This document shows, piece after piece, positions 25,635-37,777 of a stretch of 64,000 nt of DNA. Under the pieces are notes generated by a model. That model searched no databases. It was not told the origin of the DNA and was given only the letters and a program-made list of their open reading frames with translations. The translations under genes were made by a program, and so were the position numbers. The DNA is from Octopus sinensis (Eukaryota), in NCBI RefSeq assembly GCF_006345805.1, contig NC_042997.1:116560001-116624000 (forward strand). Reading direction: 5' to 3'. Every line of letters begins with the position of its first letter. Within the stretch, counting starts at the first letter, position 1.

Positions 25635-28095
25635 GTATCCTTCTTGTTGTATTGTGTTTGTTTTGTTCAATTAAGTCTTTCAATACCAACCTGTCTGTTT
25701 TTAAGTGTTCATGTTGAAACTTTCCATCTCTAATTTTATTTAAGAACTCTTCATTAGGATTACAAACACCATCATCATCATCGCCATCATCATTCTAGCA
25801 TCTTTTTTTTCCATGCTTGCAGGGGTCAGGTGGGATTCGTTGAAGGAGATGTCCTACATCTGTCACCATTCCTTACTTGTTTCCGAGTAAGGTAACATTT
25901 CCCTGTGGCTGGACATGTTTGCTTGGAAAAGTGAAATGAACGGCACTGCTTGTATGATGGTGATGGTCTTTTCACTCTTTTGACAATTATTACTCAATGT
26001 CAAAACTAGGAGACTTAAAAAACCTCCTCCTCCATATACATACACATATATACATATAGATGTGTGAACACACACACACATACACACATGAACTTTAGGT
26101 TAGTTAAAATATACTTATGACATGATGCTGTTATATACACACATGTAGACAATCACATACATGGAAAGCTTCTCTCAGTTTTCATCTCCCAAATCCATTC
26201 AATACTTTGGTTAGTCTGGGGCTATAGTAGAAGACACTACCCCAAGATGACGCTTACTAAGTTCTTTTAAATCTTTTATTATTTTCCTCTGCTTGCGAAG
26301 ACCTGTTGAGGCAAGTGAAATCGAAATCAAATTCGATGACTGGCATCCGTGCTAGTGGAGCGTGATTGTTGCCAGAGCAACAAACTGGCTTCTGTGCCGG
26401 TGGCATGTAAAAAGCACCATTTGAGTGTGATTGTTACCTGCGTCGCCTTACTGGCACTTGTACTGGTGGCACGTGAAAAAACATTTGAGCAAGGTCGTTG
26501 CCAGTGCCACTGGACTGGCTCCTGTGCAGGTGGCACATAAAAAGCACCATTTGAGCGTGGCCGTTGCCAGTACTGCCTGACTGGCCCTCGTGCCGGTGGA
26601 ACATAAAAGCACCCACTACACTCTCGGAGTGGTTGGCATGGGAAGGGCATCCAGCTGTAGAAAATCTGCGAGATCAGATTGGAGCCTGGTGCAGCCATGT
26701 GGTTTGCCAGACCTCAGTCAAATCGTCCAACCCATGCTAGCATGGAAAGCGGACATTAAACAATGATGTTGATATTATGTGAAACCTAGGCAAAGTATTC
26801 GTTTAGACAGCAATATGGTTACAAAAGGTTTGATGACTGCTCAAAATGGTCTCTTCATTTAAATATTGATTAAACTAACCTACTTATTTGATAATATTGT
26901 ATATGGATGGACAAGTGGGCACGAGAAATATAAGATTTTGTTAAAATTTATTTGCAATACATTGGTTAGATGATAGATGCAGAATTGGCTGTGTGGTACC
27001 TTGGGGAAGTGTCTTCTACTGTAGCCTTCAGCTGACCAAAGCCTTGTGAAAGAAGCCTGCTGTATATATGTATATGTTTGTGTGTCAGTGTTTGTACCAC
27101 CACCATTGCTTGACAACTGATGTTGGTGTGTTTATGTGCCTGTAACTTAGCAATTCGGCAAAAAATCTGATAAAATAAATACTAGGCTTACAAAGAATAA
27201 GTCTTGGGGTCAATTTATTTGATTAAAGTATGTATGTATGTTTTCAGTAGGGTTACTTTAAAAGGAAGGGATTTCATCTTTTCATTCTGCAAGGAGTTTT
27301 TGCAATTTAGAAGCTAAAGGTTTGAGAGTTCTCCATCTGAATTCTTATATTTGATGTTGTTAACTTATGACTTTATTCTAAATTTGTAAATATTTAATGA
27401 TATCAATATAGAAGTCGACATAATAAGATCAATTGATAGAAGATTGGAGTACTGCGAAATTCTTTGTGTTTTCAAATCTCATTAGTCATCATCATTGTCG
27501 TCATTAACGTCTGTTTTCCATGCTGGCATAGTTTGGAAGGTTTGACTGAGGTTTGGAGAGCCAGCAGCTGCACCAGGCTCAAATCTGATCTGGCAACGTT
27601 CCTACAGCTGGATGCCCTTCCTAACACCAACTACTCCGAGAGACTAGTGGGTGCTTTTTACATGCCATCAGCACAGGAACCAGTCAGATGGGCCTGGCAT
27701 TGCCCACGTTCGGATGGTGCTTTTTATGTTCCACTGGCACGGGTACCAGTCAGGTGAGCCTGGCATCGATCACGTTCGGATAGTGTTTTTTACATGTCAC
27801 TGGCACGATGGCCAGTCAGGTGGTACTAGCATCGGCTGTGTTCAGATAGTGCTTCTTACGTGCCACTGGCACAGGAGCCAGTCAGCTGTCCTGATAAATG
27901 ATAATTTCCTCTAATTAGTTTGCAGAATTTTGATTATGACATATCATCAATGTTTATGAAATAAATGACTCCAACTTAGAATCTCATTGGACTTTCTTGA
28001 CTTTCTTTCAATATTTCACGGTTTATTATGTGATATAGCTTTATATGGTGATGTGATACTGACTTACATAACTACCTAACGTCATGTAGCAGGAA

Positions 28096-28571
28096 TATAC
28101 TTCTATATTTAACAGATTAAGAATTTTGTACATTATTTACATTCGATGGATATTTGTCCTCATCTTGTTTGTTGTTAACACAACGTTTCGGCTGATATAC
28201 CCTCCAGCCTTCATCAGGTGTCTTGGGGAAATTTTGAACCTGGGTTCTCATTCCTAAGGTATTTTTCGATGTTATTATTATTATTATCATTCAGGTCACT
28301 GCCTGGAATTGAACTCAGAATCTTGGGGTTAGTATGCCCACGGACTTATGGTGTAGTGGCTAAGAGCGCGAGCTACTAACCCCAAGATTCCGAGTTCGAT
28401 CCCAGGCAGTGACCTGAATAATAATAATAATAACATCGAAAAATAGCTTAGGAATGAGAACCCAGGTTTGAAATTTCCCCAAGACGCCTGATGAAGGCTG
28501 GAGGGTATATCAGCCAAAACGTTGCGTTAACAACAAACAAAATGAGGACAAATATCCGTCAAATGTAAATA
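28096..28571. mobile_element. Inverted dimer of tRNA-head/hammerhead SINE, copy C (in GPN1 intron 3)
   Basis: Direct repeat atgtagcaggaa at 28084-28095 and 28572-28583; A box TGGTGTAGTGG at 28349-28359, B box GTTCGATCC at 28394-28402. Confidence 0.87.
28177..28222 (-). ncRNA. Intact minimal type I hammerhead ribozyme, SINE copy C, minus arm
   Basis: Reverse complement reads gacac-CTGATGA-a-ggctg-gagggtatat-cagcc-GAAA-cgt-t-gtgtt: full core, 5-bp helices I and II, GUU cleavage triplet. Confidence 0.85.
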
Positions 28572-29029
28572 ATGTAGCAGGAAGTTCTAAATTTTCTGCT
28601 GTGATTCACATTTTCTGCTGTGATTCACATTTGGCACTTTGTGGGCTGCGAGTGATGAAATAAATTGTTTGCCTAGGGAGATGTGGATGCCATAAGCCTT
28701 AGTGAAGTTAACCCTCTCTGGTGAGTAGTCGTTTCTATTAAGTTTCCTGAATGAAGAGGATGTAAACTGTGTAAGTCATAGTGAAGGCAACCCATGAAGA
28801 GGAACATCTCTGAATATAAACTGAAAGTGTAGTGGGGACAATTTAGTCATGGTAGACAACTTCTTTAATGCTGGTGGAAAAAAAAAACGAACAAAAAATT
28901 ACTCCCTGTCCATGTAATAAAATGGTTGATGGTAGGAAGGACATTCAACCTGTAAAACTATGCCAAAATCATGCAAAGATCTGTGATGATGATGATGTAT
29001 GTATGGTGTTAGGTGTATGTATGCATGTA

Positions 29030-29251
29030 TACGAGGTGGGTACTAAAAAGTTCTTAACTTTAAGGGTATCACAAAAGGTCTGGTTGGAGGCCCAATCTTC
29101 CGAGTTCTTTTAACAAGGTTTCAAAAAAACTGAAGAGTTGCTGCAGTAAGTGTGAGTCTGAGAGGGGAATATGTTGGATAAAATCATAATGAACTGATCC
29201 TCCTGTATTTTCTTTTACCTAAAGCCAGGGATTTTTCGGCACCCCCTCGCA
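29030..29251 (+). mobile_element. Mariner-derived MITE ending about 20 nt upstream of the U12 branch site
   Basis: TIR-like tacgaggtgggtactaaaaagttc / gatttttcggcaccccctcgca; internal remnant of the transposase end (KL...SKC..LRGEYV). Confidence 0.7.
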
Positions 29252-29291
29252 TCTATTAATTTCTTAGCTGTTCTTCCTTAACCAAAATCAG

Positions 29292-29358
29292 ATATAATCT
29301 TGGACCAAATGGAGGCATTATCACTTCACTGAATCTCTTTGCTACTCGTTTTGATCAA
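29292..29358 (+). CDS. GPN1: GPN1 exon 4 ([25 protein letters not shown] loop)
   Basis: Encodes the diagnostic GPNG loop; cag acceptor, gtaaga donor; 67 nt. Confidence 0.97.
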
Positions 29359-29932
29359 GTAAGAATTTTACTCATTTAAATTTTCTTTCATCATCATCAT
29401 CATCATTGTTTAACATCTGTTTTCCATGTTAGCATGGGTTGAACGGTTCGACTGGGGTCTGGAGAGCCAGTAAGCTGCACCAGGCTCCAATCTGATCTGG
29501 CAAGGTTTCTACGGCTGGATGCCCTTCCTAATGCCAACCACTCCTTGAGTGTAGTGGGTGCTTTTTATGTGCCACTGGCACAGGGGCCAGAGGAGGCTGG
29601 CAATGACCACGATCAGTTGGTGTTTGTGTTTTTTTATATGCCACAAGCACGTATGCCATTTGACTTTGAATTTGATCAAAAAAGAAAAAATCAAATGGAA
29701 ATTGTAGTTGTGTTCCCCATGCTGGTGGCACATAAAAAGCACCAACTGATCATGGTCGTTTCCAGCCTCCTCTGGCTCCTGCACTGGTGGCACACTGTTG
29801 GAGTGGTTGGCATTAGGAAGGGCATCCAGCTTTAAAAACAATGAAACAATTTCTGGAGATTTATTTGTAATTTATCAATTTTATCAAATTTAATTCCTAT
29901 TAAAAGCCTTAATAAAGAGCAAGGAATTAGTT

Positions 29933-30111
29933 CATTATTTACATTTGACAGATATTTGTCCTCATCTTGTTTGTTGTTAACACAACGTTTCGGCTGATAT
30001 ACCCTCCAGCCTTCATCAGGTGTCTTGGGGAAATTTCAAACCTGGGTTCTCATTCCTAAGGTATTTTTCGATCTTATGCCTGTGGGCATATGGCATAGTG
30101 GTTAAGAGTGC
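29933..30111. mobile_element. Truncated inverted dimer of tRNA-head/hammerhead SINE, copy D (GPN1 intron 4)
   Basis: Minus arm tail with ribozyme, centre tatgcc-tgt-gggcata, plus arm only about 40 bp of head; no TSD found. Confidence 0.78.
29979..30024 (-). ncRNA. Intact minimal type I hammerhead ribozyme, SINE copy D
   Basis: Same sequence as 28177-28222. Confidence 0.85.
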
Positions 30112-30202
30112 AGATTCCTTAAGTTTCTAGCCATCAAATTCACTTACACATTATATAGTTTTATATGATATTGTTAAACAACTCCTTTATTTTATTCTTC
30201 AG

Positions 30203-30240
30203 GTAATGAAATTCATTGAGAAACGGTCGAAAGAATGCAA
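30203..30240 (+). CDS. GPN1: GPN1 exon 5 (VMKFIEKRSKECK)
   Basis: ttcttcag acceptor, gtatgt donor; VMKFIEK as in GPN1 orthologues; 38 nt, phases fit exons 4 and 6. Confidence 0.93.
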
Positions 30241-31390
30241 GTATGTATATCTTTTAATATTGTTTTGTAATTATTTATTAAATATATAACCTATATTTTG
30301 TTGTGGTTGAGAAGATACTTCGAGCTAAGTAAACTTGTGGTTGTCCTTGCATATAGGCTTGTCCCTGCATCCCTCTTCTGCTGAGCACTCCTAATCTTGC
30401 AGGTTGGTGGGTGCTGGTGCCACATTAAGAAGCATCCGTGCCAATGCCACATTAAGGCATCTGTGCTGGTGCTACATAAAAGTGCCCAGTACACTCTGTA
30501 AAGTGTTGGCTTAAGGAAGGACATCCAGCTATAGAAACCATGCCAGACATGGAGCCTGGACAGCATGAAAAACAGACATTAAATGATGTTTCAATTCAGC
30601 TAAAATTGAAGCTTTTGGTTCCACAATGGTTGAAGTTCTGTCAGTTTTATACAATTACTCCATCCTTTATCTTTTTCCTTTTACTTGATTCAGTCATTAA
30701 ACCATGGCCATGCTGGAGCACTGCCTTGAAGGGTATAGTTGAATGAATCGACCCTCACAACTTATTTTCTAAGTCTGGTACTTATTCTGTTCGTCTCTTT
30801 TGCTGAACCACTAAGTTATGGGGGCATAATACAAAGACACACACAACAGGTTTTTTTTTCTAGAGGGGCACTCTGTTGGATACGATGACGAGGGTCCCAG
30901 CTGATATGGTCAATGGAACAGCTTGCTTGTGAAATTAATGTGCAAGTGGCTGAGCACTCGACAGACACGTGTACCCTAAACGTAGTTTTCAGGGAGATTC
31001 AGTGTGCTACAGAGCGTGACAAGGCTGGCCCTTAGAAATACAGGTACTACTCATTTTTGCCAGTTGAGTTGACTGGAGCAACACGAAATAAAGGACACAA
31101 CACGTCGCGGGGAATTGAACTCATGACCTTACAATCGTGAGCCGAATGCCCTAACCACTAAGCCACGTTTCCATCTACCAAATTTATTCTCAAGGCATTG
31201 GTTGGCCTGGAGCTATATTAGATGACATCGGCCTATGGTGCCCCATGGTGGGACTGACCCTAAAATCATATGTTATTTAAGAGTTTATAAGTTCTATCTC
31301 ATCTTGCTACCTAAATATATATTGCTATATGTATAAACAGTATTGAATCATAATGAAAATGTGTGACTTTGATGGCCTTTTATTTTGTAG

Positions 31391-31469
31391 GTATGTTATT
31401 TTGGACACACCTGGTCAAATTGAAGTATTCACTTGGTCAGCATCTGGAAGTATTATCACAGAGGCTCTT
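31391..31469 (+). CDS. GPN1: GPN1 exon 6 ([27 protein letters not shown]3 motif)
   Basis: [15 protein letters not shown] motif; ttttgtag acceptor, gtaagt donor; 79 nt. Confidence 0.97.
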
Positions 31470-34429
31470 GTAAGTAAATCCATACAATATTATGTATTAT
31501 TTTAAATACTCTTTACTCTCTTTTACTTGTTTCAGTCATTTAACTGTAGCCATGCTGGAGTACCACTTTTAGTCAAGCAAATTGACTCCAGGACTTATTC
31601 TTTGTAAGCCTAGTACTTATTCTATCAGACTCTTTTTGCCGAACCACTAAATTATGCACACGTAAACAAACCACTATCGGTTGTCAAGCTATGTTGGGGG
31701 AGGGGGGAACAAACCCAGACACACAAACACACACACATATATATATATATATACATGTACATATATACGACAGGCTTCTTTCAGTTTTCCGTCTACCAAA
31801 TCCACTCACAAGGCTTTGGTTGGCCTGAGGCTACAGTAGAAGACATTTGCCCAAGGTGCCACGCAGTGGGACTGAACCTAGAACCATGTGGTTAGTAAGC
31901 AAGCTACTTACCACACAGCCACTCCTTTCATCATCATCATCATCATAATTTAACGTCCGTTGTCCATGCTGGCATGGATTGGATAGTTTGAACGGGGTGG
32001 CACACTGGAAGGTTGCTGCAGACTCCAGTCTGATTTGGTATGGTTTTCTATGGGTGGTTGCCCTTTCTAATGCCAACCACTCCGAGAGTGTATGGGTGCT
32101 TTTACATGCCACAAGCATAGGTGCCATTTGCATGACACCCGGGTACTTTTATGTGCCAATTTGCATGACACCGGTATCTGTCACAACTGTGATTTTGCTT
32201 GGCTTGATGGGTCTTCGTCTCAAGCAAGACATCATGCCAAAGGTCTGTCATTGCCTCTGTGAGGCCCGACACTTGAAAGGAACTCAGCTACTTTATTTTT
32301 GTTATTTGATTTTCAAGATCCTTGATATGAATTCATGATGGAAATAGATTTTACTGTATCTTGAGAGAGCCGTTATGCTTACAGATTGTTTGATTAATTA
32401 TTTGGTCAGTCAGTCAGTCAATCATTTTGGTTTTCCTGAGTTCTTTTGGCATTTGTGACCTCATCACTGACTTGCCCTCTTTACACCAGGTCTCTCTCTC
32501 CTAAGAAACAGATGAACATAGCTGATTGATTGATTGACATGAATGATTGATCAAACAATTGATTATTTAATTGGTTAAACAGTTAACTACTTGACTGATA
32601 ATAATAACCCTTTCTGCTATCAGCACAAGGCCTGAAATTTTGGGGGCGGAGACTAGTTGATTTCATAGACTCCAGTGTTCAACTTGTAATCTTTTATCTA
32701 CCCCCACCCCAAAAAAGATGAAAGACAAAGCCAACCTCAACCAAATTTGAACCCAGATCATAAGATGGGTGAAGTGCTGCTAAGCATTTTGTCTGGTGTG
32801 CTAACAGTTCTGCCAGTGTGTGTTTCTTATTGGCATGATGACCCTCCCAAAATACAACAAAATTATTTAAAATCATTCCTCCTCATCATCATCGTTTAAC
32901 GTCCACCTTCTATGCTAGCATGGGTTGGATGGTTTGACTGAGGTCTGGCGAACCCGATGGCTGCACCAGACTCCAATCTGATCTGGCAGAGTTTCTACAG
33001 CTGGATGCCCTTCCTAATGCCAACCACTCTGAGAGTGTTGTGGGTGCTTTTACGTGCCACTGGCACAAGAGTCAGTCAGGCAGTACTGGCAACGACTTCG
33101 CTCGAATGTTTTTTCACGTGCCAGTAAGGCGATGCAGGTAACGATAATGAATTATTATACATTTTTGTAAACTTAGATAAAGAAAAACTTTACATTTTAG
33201 GTAAAGATATTGGACTGCTGATAACATTGTCAAAAGTTCAAACTCTGCCTCAGTTATACTCTCAAGCTAACAGGCAAAGTACCTTATTCCATTTGCTGTA
33301 ATGTATGTGGTTGTCAACATATTGGAAGACACCATATTTCAGTGGTTAGCTCAAATATGAAGATTTCAATTGTAAAATAATTTGCTCAGTACTCGTTACA
33401 ATGTTATCGTTAGAATTGGGTAAAAAAAACAAAAATGAAAACAGAACAATACTGTTGTGGAATATTAATTTCCAAAGCTTATTTTAAGACATTGAATTCA
33501 TTTTTTAAGGTTATTTTCTTTTGTTCATTTCATTTTGGAAATATACTCTATTTTCTGGTCTACTAGTTGATGTAGTATAATAGCGTTAACATGTTTTGTA
33601 AACATCGAAGTCAAAATCAAACTCGATTGCGAAGACCTGTTGAGGCATGTAAAATCAATCAAACTCGGTGACTGGCATCCGTTGCTAGTGGAGCACTAAG
33701 AATACCATATGGGTGAGATCATTGCCAGAGCAACAAGCTGGCCTTCGTGCCGATAGCATGTTAAACACACCATTCGAGCATGATCGTGGCACGTGAAACA
33801 TTCGAGCGAGGTCGTCGCCAGTGTCGCTGGACTGGCTCCTGTGCAGGTGGCACATAAAAAGCACCATTTGGGCGTTGCTATTACCACCAAACTGGCACTC
33901 TCGGAGTGGTTGGTGTTAGGAAGGGCATCCAGCTGTAGAAACTCTGCCAGATCAGATTGGAGTCTGGTGCAGCCATCTGGTTTGCCAGTCCTCAGTCAAA
34001 TTGTCTAACCCATGCTCGCATGGAAAGCAGACGTTAATTGATGATGATAATGTTTTGTAAACATCTAAACTCTGTCACTATTTTCCCAAATCCTGCTGCA
34101 TTTCACATGGAATTTTTGATCCTCCAAAGTTGTCTTGGTGTATAAATAAGCATCCACTGCGACCAACAGATATCCAGAAATGCAGTGCAGCTTCTGCAAA
34201 GACTGACAAAGAACCATTGACTTCAGACATAGTAAAGATATATCAGAATAGTTAAGTAGCTTTTTAGCTGTAAATTTGAGTCTGAAAAATTCAATTTGTA
34301 TTCCAAAAAAAATGGTAAGTCAAGTTATAGGGTAAACATTTCTTGTATTCGGAATTGTCATGAAACTTGACTGTATTTAATTAAAATCTCTAAATCTAAT
34401 TACCTTCCATTTTCCTCCTCCTCCTCCTT

Positions 34430-34790
34430 CATCATCATCATCATCGTTTAACGTCCGCTTTCCATGCTAGCATGAGTTGGACGATTTGACTGAGGACTGG
34501 CGAACCAGATGGCTGCACCAGGCTTCAATCTTGATCTGGCAGAGTTTCTACAGCTGGATGCCCTTCCTAACGCCAACCACTCTGAGAGTGTAGTGGGTGC
34601 TTTTACGTGTCACCGGCACGGGGCCAGTCAGGCGGTACTGCCAACGACCTCACTTGAATCTTTTACACATGCCACCAGCACAGGTAAGACGATGCTGGTA
34701 ACAATCACGCTCGAATAGTGTCTTTTACGTGCCACCGGAGGCCAGATAGCCACTCCAGCAACGATCACGCTCGGATGGTGCTCTTTATAC
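34430..34790 (-). mobile_element. SINE-like family 3 with (GAT)n tail and internal repeats of about 60 bp (representative copy)
   Basis: Recurrent ggatgcccttcctaacgccaacc block; other copies near 22160, 24420, 26300, 27490, 33620, 41700, 44925, 56125. Confidence 0.75.
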
Positions 34791-34869
34791 CCTACTATTT
34801 AATATTTAGTTCTGTGTATGTTTCTATATTTTGAAAAAAGTATTAATTAAAATTTTCCTCTATTTGCAG

Positions 34870-35010
34870 GCGTCTTCATTTCCTACAGTGATTGTGTATA
34901 TAATGGACATTTCACGCAGTGTCAGTCCCGTCACATTTATGTCCAACATGCTCTATGCCTGCAGCATCCTGTACAAAACTAAGTTGCCATTTATTGTTGT
35001 GATGAACAAA
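34870..35010 (+). CDS. GPN1: GPN1 exon 7 ([13 protein letters not shown]...[26 protein letters not shown])
   Basis: Near identical to the family consensus, ending at the NK of the G4 motif; ttgcag acceptor, gtaagt donor; 141 nt. Confidence 0.97.
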
Positions 35011-35105
35011 GTAAGTAAATAATAATAATAATAGTCGTGGTGGTTGTTGTTGTTGTTTTATCATCTTGTTGATTTTTTTGTGATGGTTTTGTGACTGGGT
35101 TAGAT

Positions 35106-36107
35106 CAATGGTTCTCAACCGGGATCCACATAAAGATTCTGTTCTTAAAATTTTATGTGCAATAAATTGGTTGCCAATGAAATAAATTTGGGTAGTCTAA
35201 GAATTAAGGAAGCTATCCTCATAGACAGACTAGGGTCCCTAATTAACAACAGACTGGAGGTTGGCAGTTAGCATATTATTTAGCTACATCTGGATGCATG
35301 TAGGTTCATTTTTGATCACATGCTCATGTATTATTTATAAAAAAAAGAAGGTAACTGCATGTATAATACATAACTTAGAAACAGCATTCGCTACGGATGT
35401 GCCAGCACATACAAGCTTGAGACATGGCCACCCCCATGCAATTCTTATGAGGAATTCTGGAAGGAGCTTTGTGAGACCACTGCAGAGATGCTACCGGAAA
35501 AAAAAAAAACTGTTGGAAAACCGATTATAGCAGTGACTCGATCAATTCCTAGGGACATCTGAAGAAGGAATTTCTATATTCCGAAATATTATATCAGACT
35601 ATCATCATCATCATCGTTTAACATCCGCTTTCCATGCTAGCATGGGTTGGACGATTTGACTGAGGGCTGGCAAACCAGATGGCTGCACCAGGCTTCAATC
35701 TTATCTGGCAGAGTTTCAACAGCTGGATGCCCTATGATTAAATTATAACAGCTATTATAGTCCATTGTTGTGCCATTCTAGACACATTATCTTTTTTAAC
35801 AAAATATTTTATCTTTTTATACAAAACCTAATATGTAATTATAAAAATATAGTAGGATTTGTAAAATATAACGGGTCTTGAATGGCACAACATTGCAGAG
35901 TGGACTATAACAGTTATTATAGTCCACTCTGCATTGTTGTTCCATTCAAGACCCATTATATTTTACAAACAATACACAATGTTTCAAGTTACCTACAATA
36001 CTCTCCTATAGTAGGATTTTTTTTATACATCGAATCACTGTGAGGGTCCTTCTGAGTAAAACAGGAATCAAAAGGATCCATGGATCTAAAATGGTTGAGA
36101 ACCACTG
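35106..36107. mobile_element. hAT-type non-autonomous element with nested insertions
   Basis: TIRs caatggttctcaacc / ggttgagaaccactg (14 of 15); degenerate 8-bp TSD ggttagat / agttagac. Confidence 0.68.
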
Positions 36108-36614
36108 AGTTAGACTGTAGTAAGGAAAATTGTTGTATTTCTTGATACTGTGACATATTGTCTGTGAAAACCAATGTCATTAGATCTGGCCTCACTTTTA
36201 TTTTGTATGTCTTCCCCTTTCACACTGTACCTTACACTCAAGCACATAATTTAGTCTCCATTCTCATCATATGCCCAAAACAACACTGTCATGTCTTCTG
36301 CATACAATTTTGATGTCTTTATCATTTAATTGCTCTCTCAGCTCATTTGTGCTCTGCCTTTTTAATATTACATATCTGTTTGGTTGTGACTCAATTATAT
36401 AGAACCTGCAAATTTTCTGCATTCAATTCCACTGTCACAGTACCACAAAATGTGGCACACTTTACATATCTATGAAGGGCAAACTTTTTTCGTTGTGCTC
36501 AGAGGTAACAACTCCTTGAATATATTCCAGGTCTTTCTTCTGCTTGGTTCTCTGTCTCATATGCTCATGAAATTCAATTTCAAATGGTTAAGCACTCCAC
36601 AGACCTACATACCC

Positions 36615-37093
36615 TTAACTGTTTCATTACCAACCCAGCTGAAACTGCCTCTTGCTCTGAGTACAAATGTCTTGTTTCCATAAGTTTTTAATTAAAATCT
36701 TCCACCAAACCTTAGTCACAATTTATGTTTCTAACACTAGCTTAATGATAACTAAGTTATTTTACTAAACTCTTTGTTATATTTAAAGTAATTGAAATAA
36801 ACACAGAGCATCTCAACAGAAATACTGTAATGAAAGGGTTAAAATATATACTAGAGAAGCAATTCTTAACCCTTTTGTTACCAACCCAGCTGAAACCACC
36901 TCTGGCTCTGAGTACAAGTGTCTTGTTTTCAAAAGTTCTGAATTAAAATCTTCCAAAAAACCTTAGTCACAATTTATATTCCTAACACGAGCTTAATGAT
37001 AACTAAGTTATTTTACTAAATTCTTTGTTATATTTAAAGTAATTGAAAGAAACACAGAACATCTCAACAGAAATATGATAGCAAAAGGGTTAA
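36615..37093 (+). mobile_element. piggyBac-like MITE, tandem dimer
   Basis: Units of about 220-240 bp bounded by TTAA-CCCTTT...AAAGGG-TTAA, joined by spacer aatatatactagagaagcaattc. Confidence 0.8.
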
Positions 37094-37777
37094 TGTGTTT
37101 TTCAAGGAGATTCCTATGTGACACACAGTGTAACAAGGGTAGCCCTTTGAATAACAAGGACACCTCATTTTTGCCAGCTGAGTGAACTGGAGCAATGTCC
37201 AGCTACTATTCTAGCTGCTATATTTTCCACTAAAACTATAACTTTGTCCCTCTGCAGTACTAATTAGGTCACCTATCAACATGAAGTCTTATATCTAGTC
37301 AGCCATCTGAACAATTTAAAGATTCATTTCATGGAAACTCCTGCTACTTAATTAATTACTCCTGAATATCTTCATTATATCAGAAGTCCTGGTTCTTTGT
37401 CAGTCTTTGCAGATGCTGCACTGCATTTCTGGATATCTGTTGGCCACAGTGGATGCGTATTTATAAGTTCTTGGAGCATTTTCAGGAGCTCATTCACTGA
37501 TTCTGCAATAAGATCCAACTTGTAAAAGTTTCCAAAGATGTTCTGAACTTCTGCTTTTCTTGTCTTAAGATTTTTAAGAAATTGAAGGAAGTGAAAATCA
37601 ATGTCCCAATAAACCAATACATGTTGATTTCTTCGAATTGCTCCCCTCTGTCATTCATCGACAATTAATGTCCTTAGAACGGGAGAACAGACCCTCCCAT
37701 ATATTTACATTCCTCTTCACTTTATTATATATGACTATATTTCTTACATTCTTCCGGTGTATTCAAATTAGATCAAA

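Larger units (their letters stand above)
25635..29291 (+). other. U12-type (minor spliceosome) GT-AG intron, GPN1 intron 3
   Basis: 5' splice site GTATCCTT at 25635; branch site TTCCTTAAC at 29274-29282, 9 nt before the end of the intron; no polypyrimidine tract between branch site and AG. Confidence 0.93.

Noticed and set aside
28340-28420. tRNA gene (A and B boxes present; similar heads at 41052, 47095, 50236, 8509)
   Set aside because: No complete cloverleaf or acceptor stem, and each head continues into a repeated SINE body
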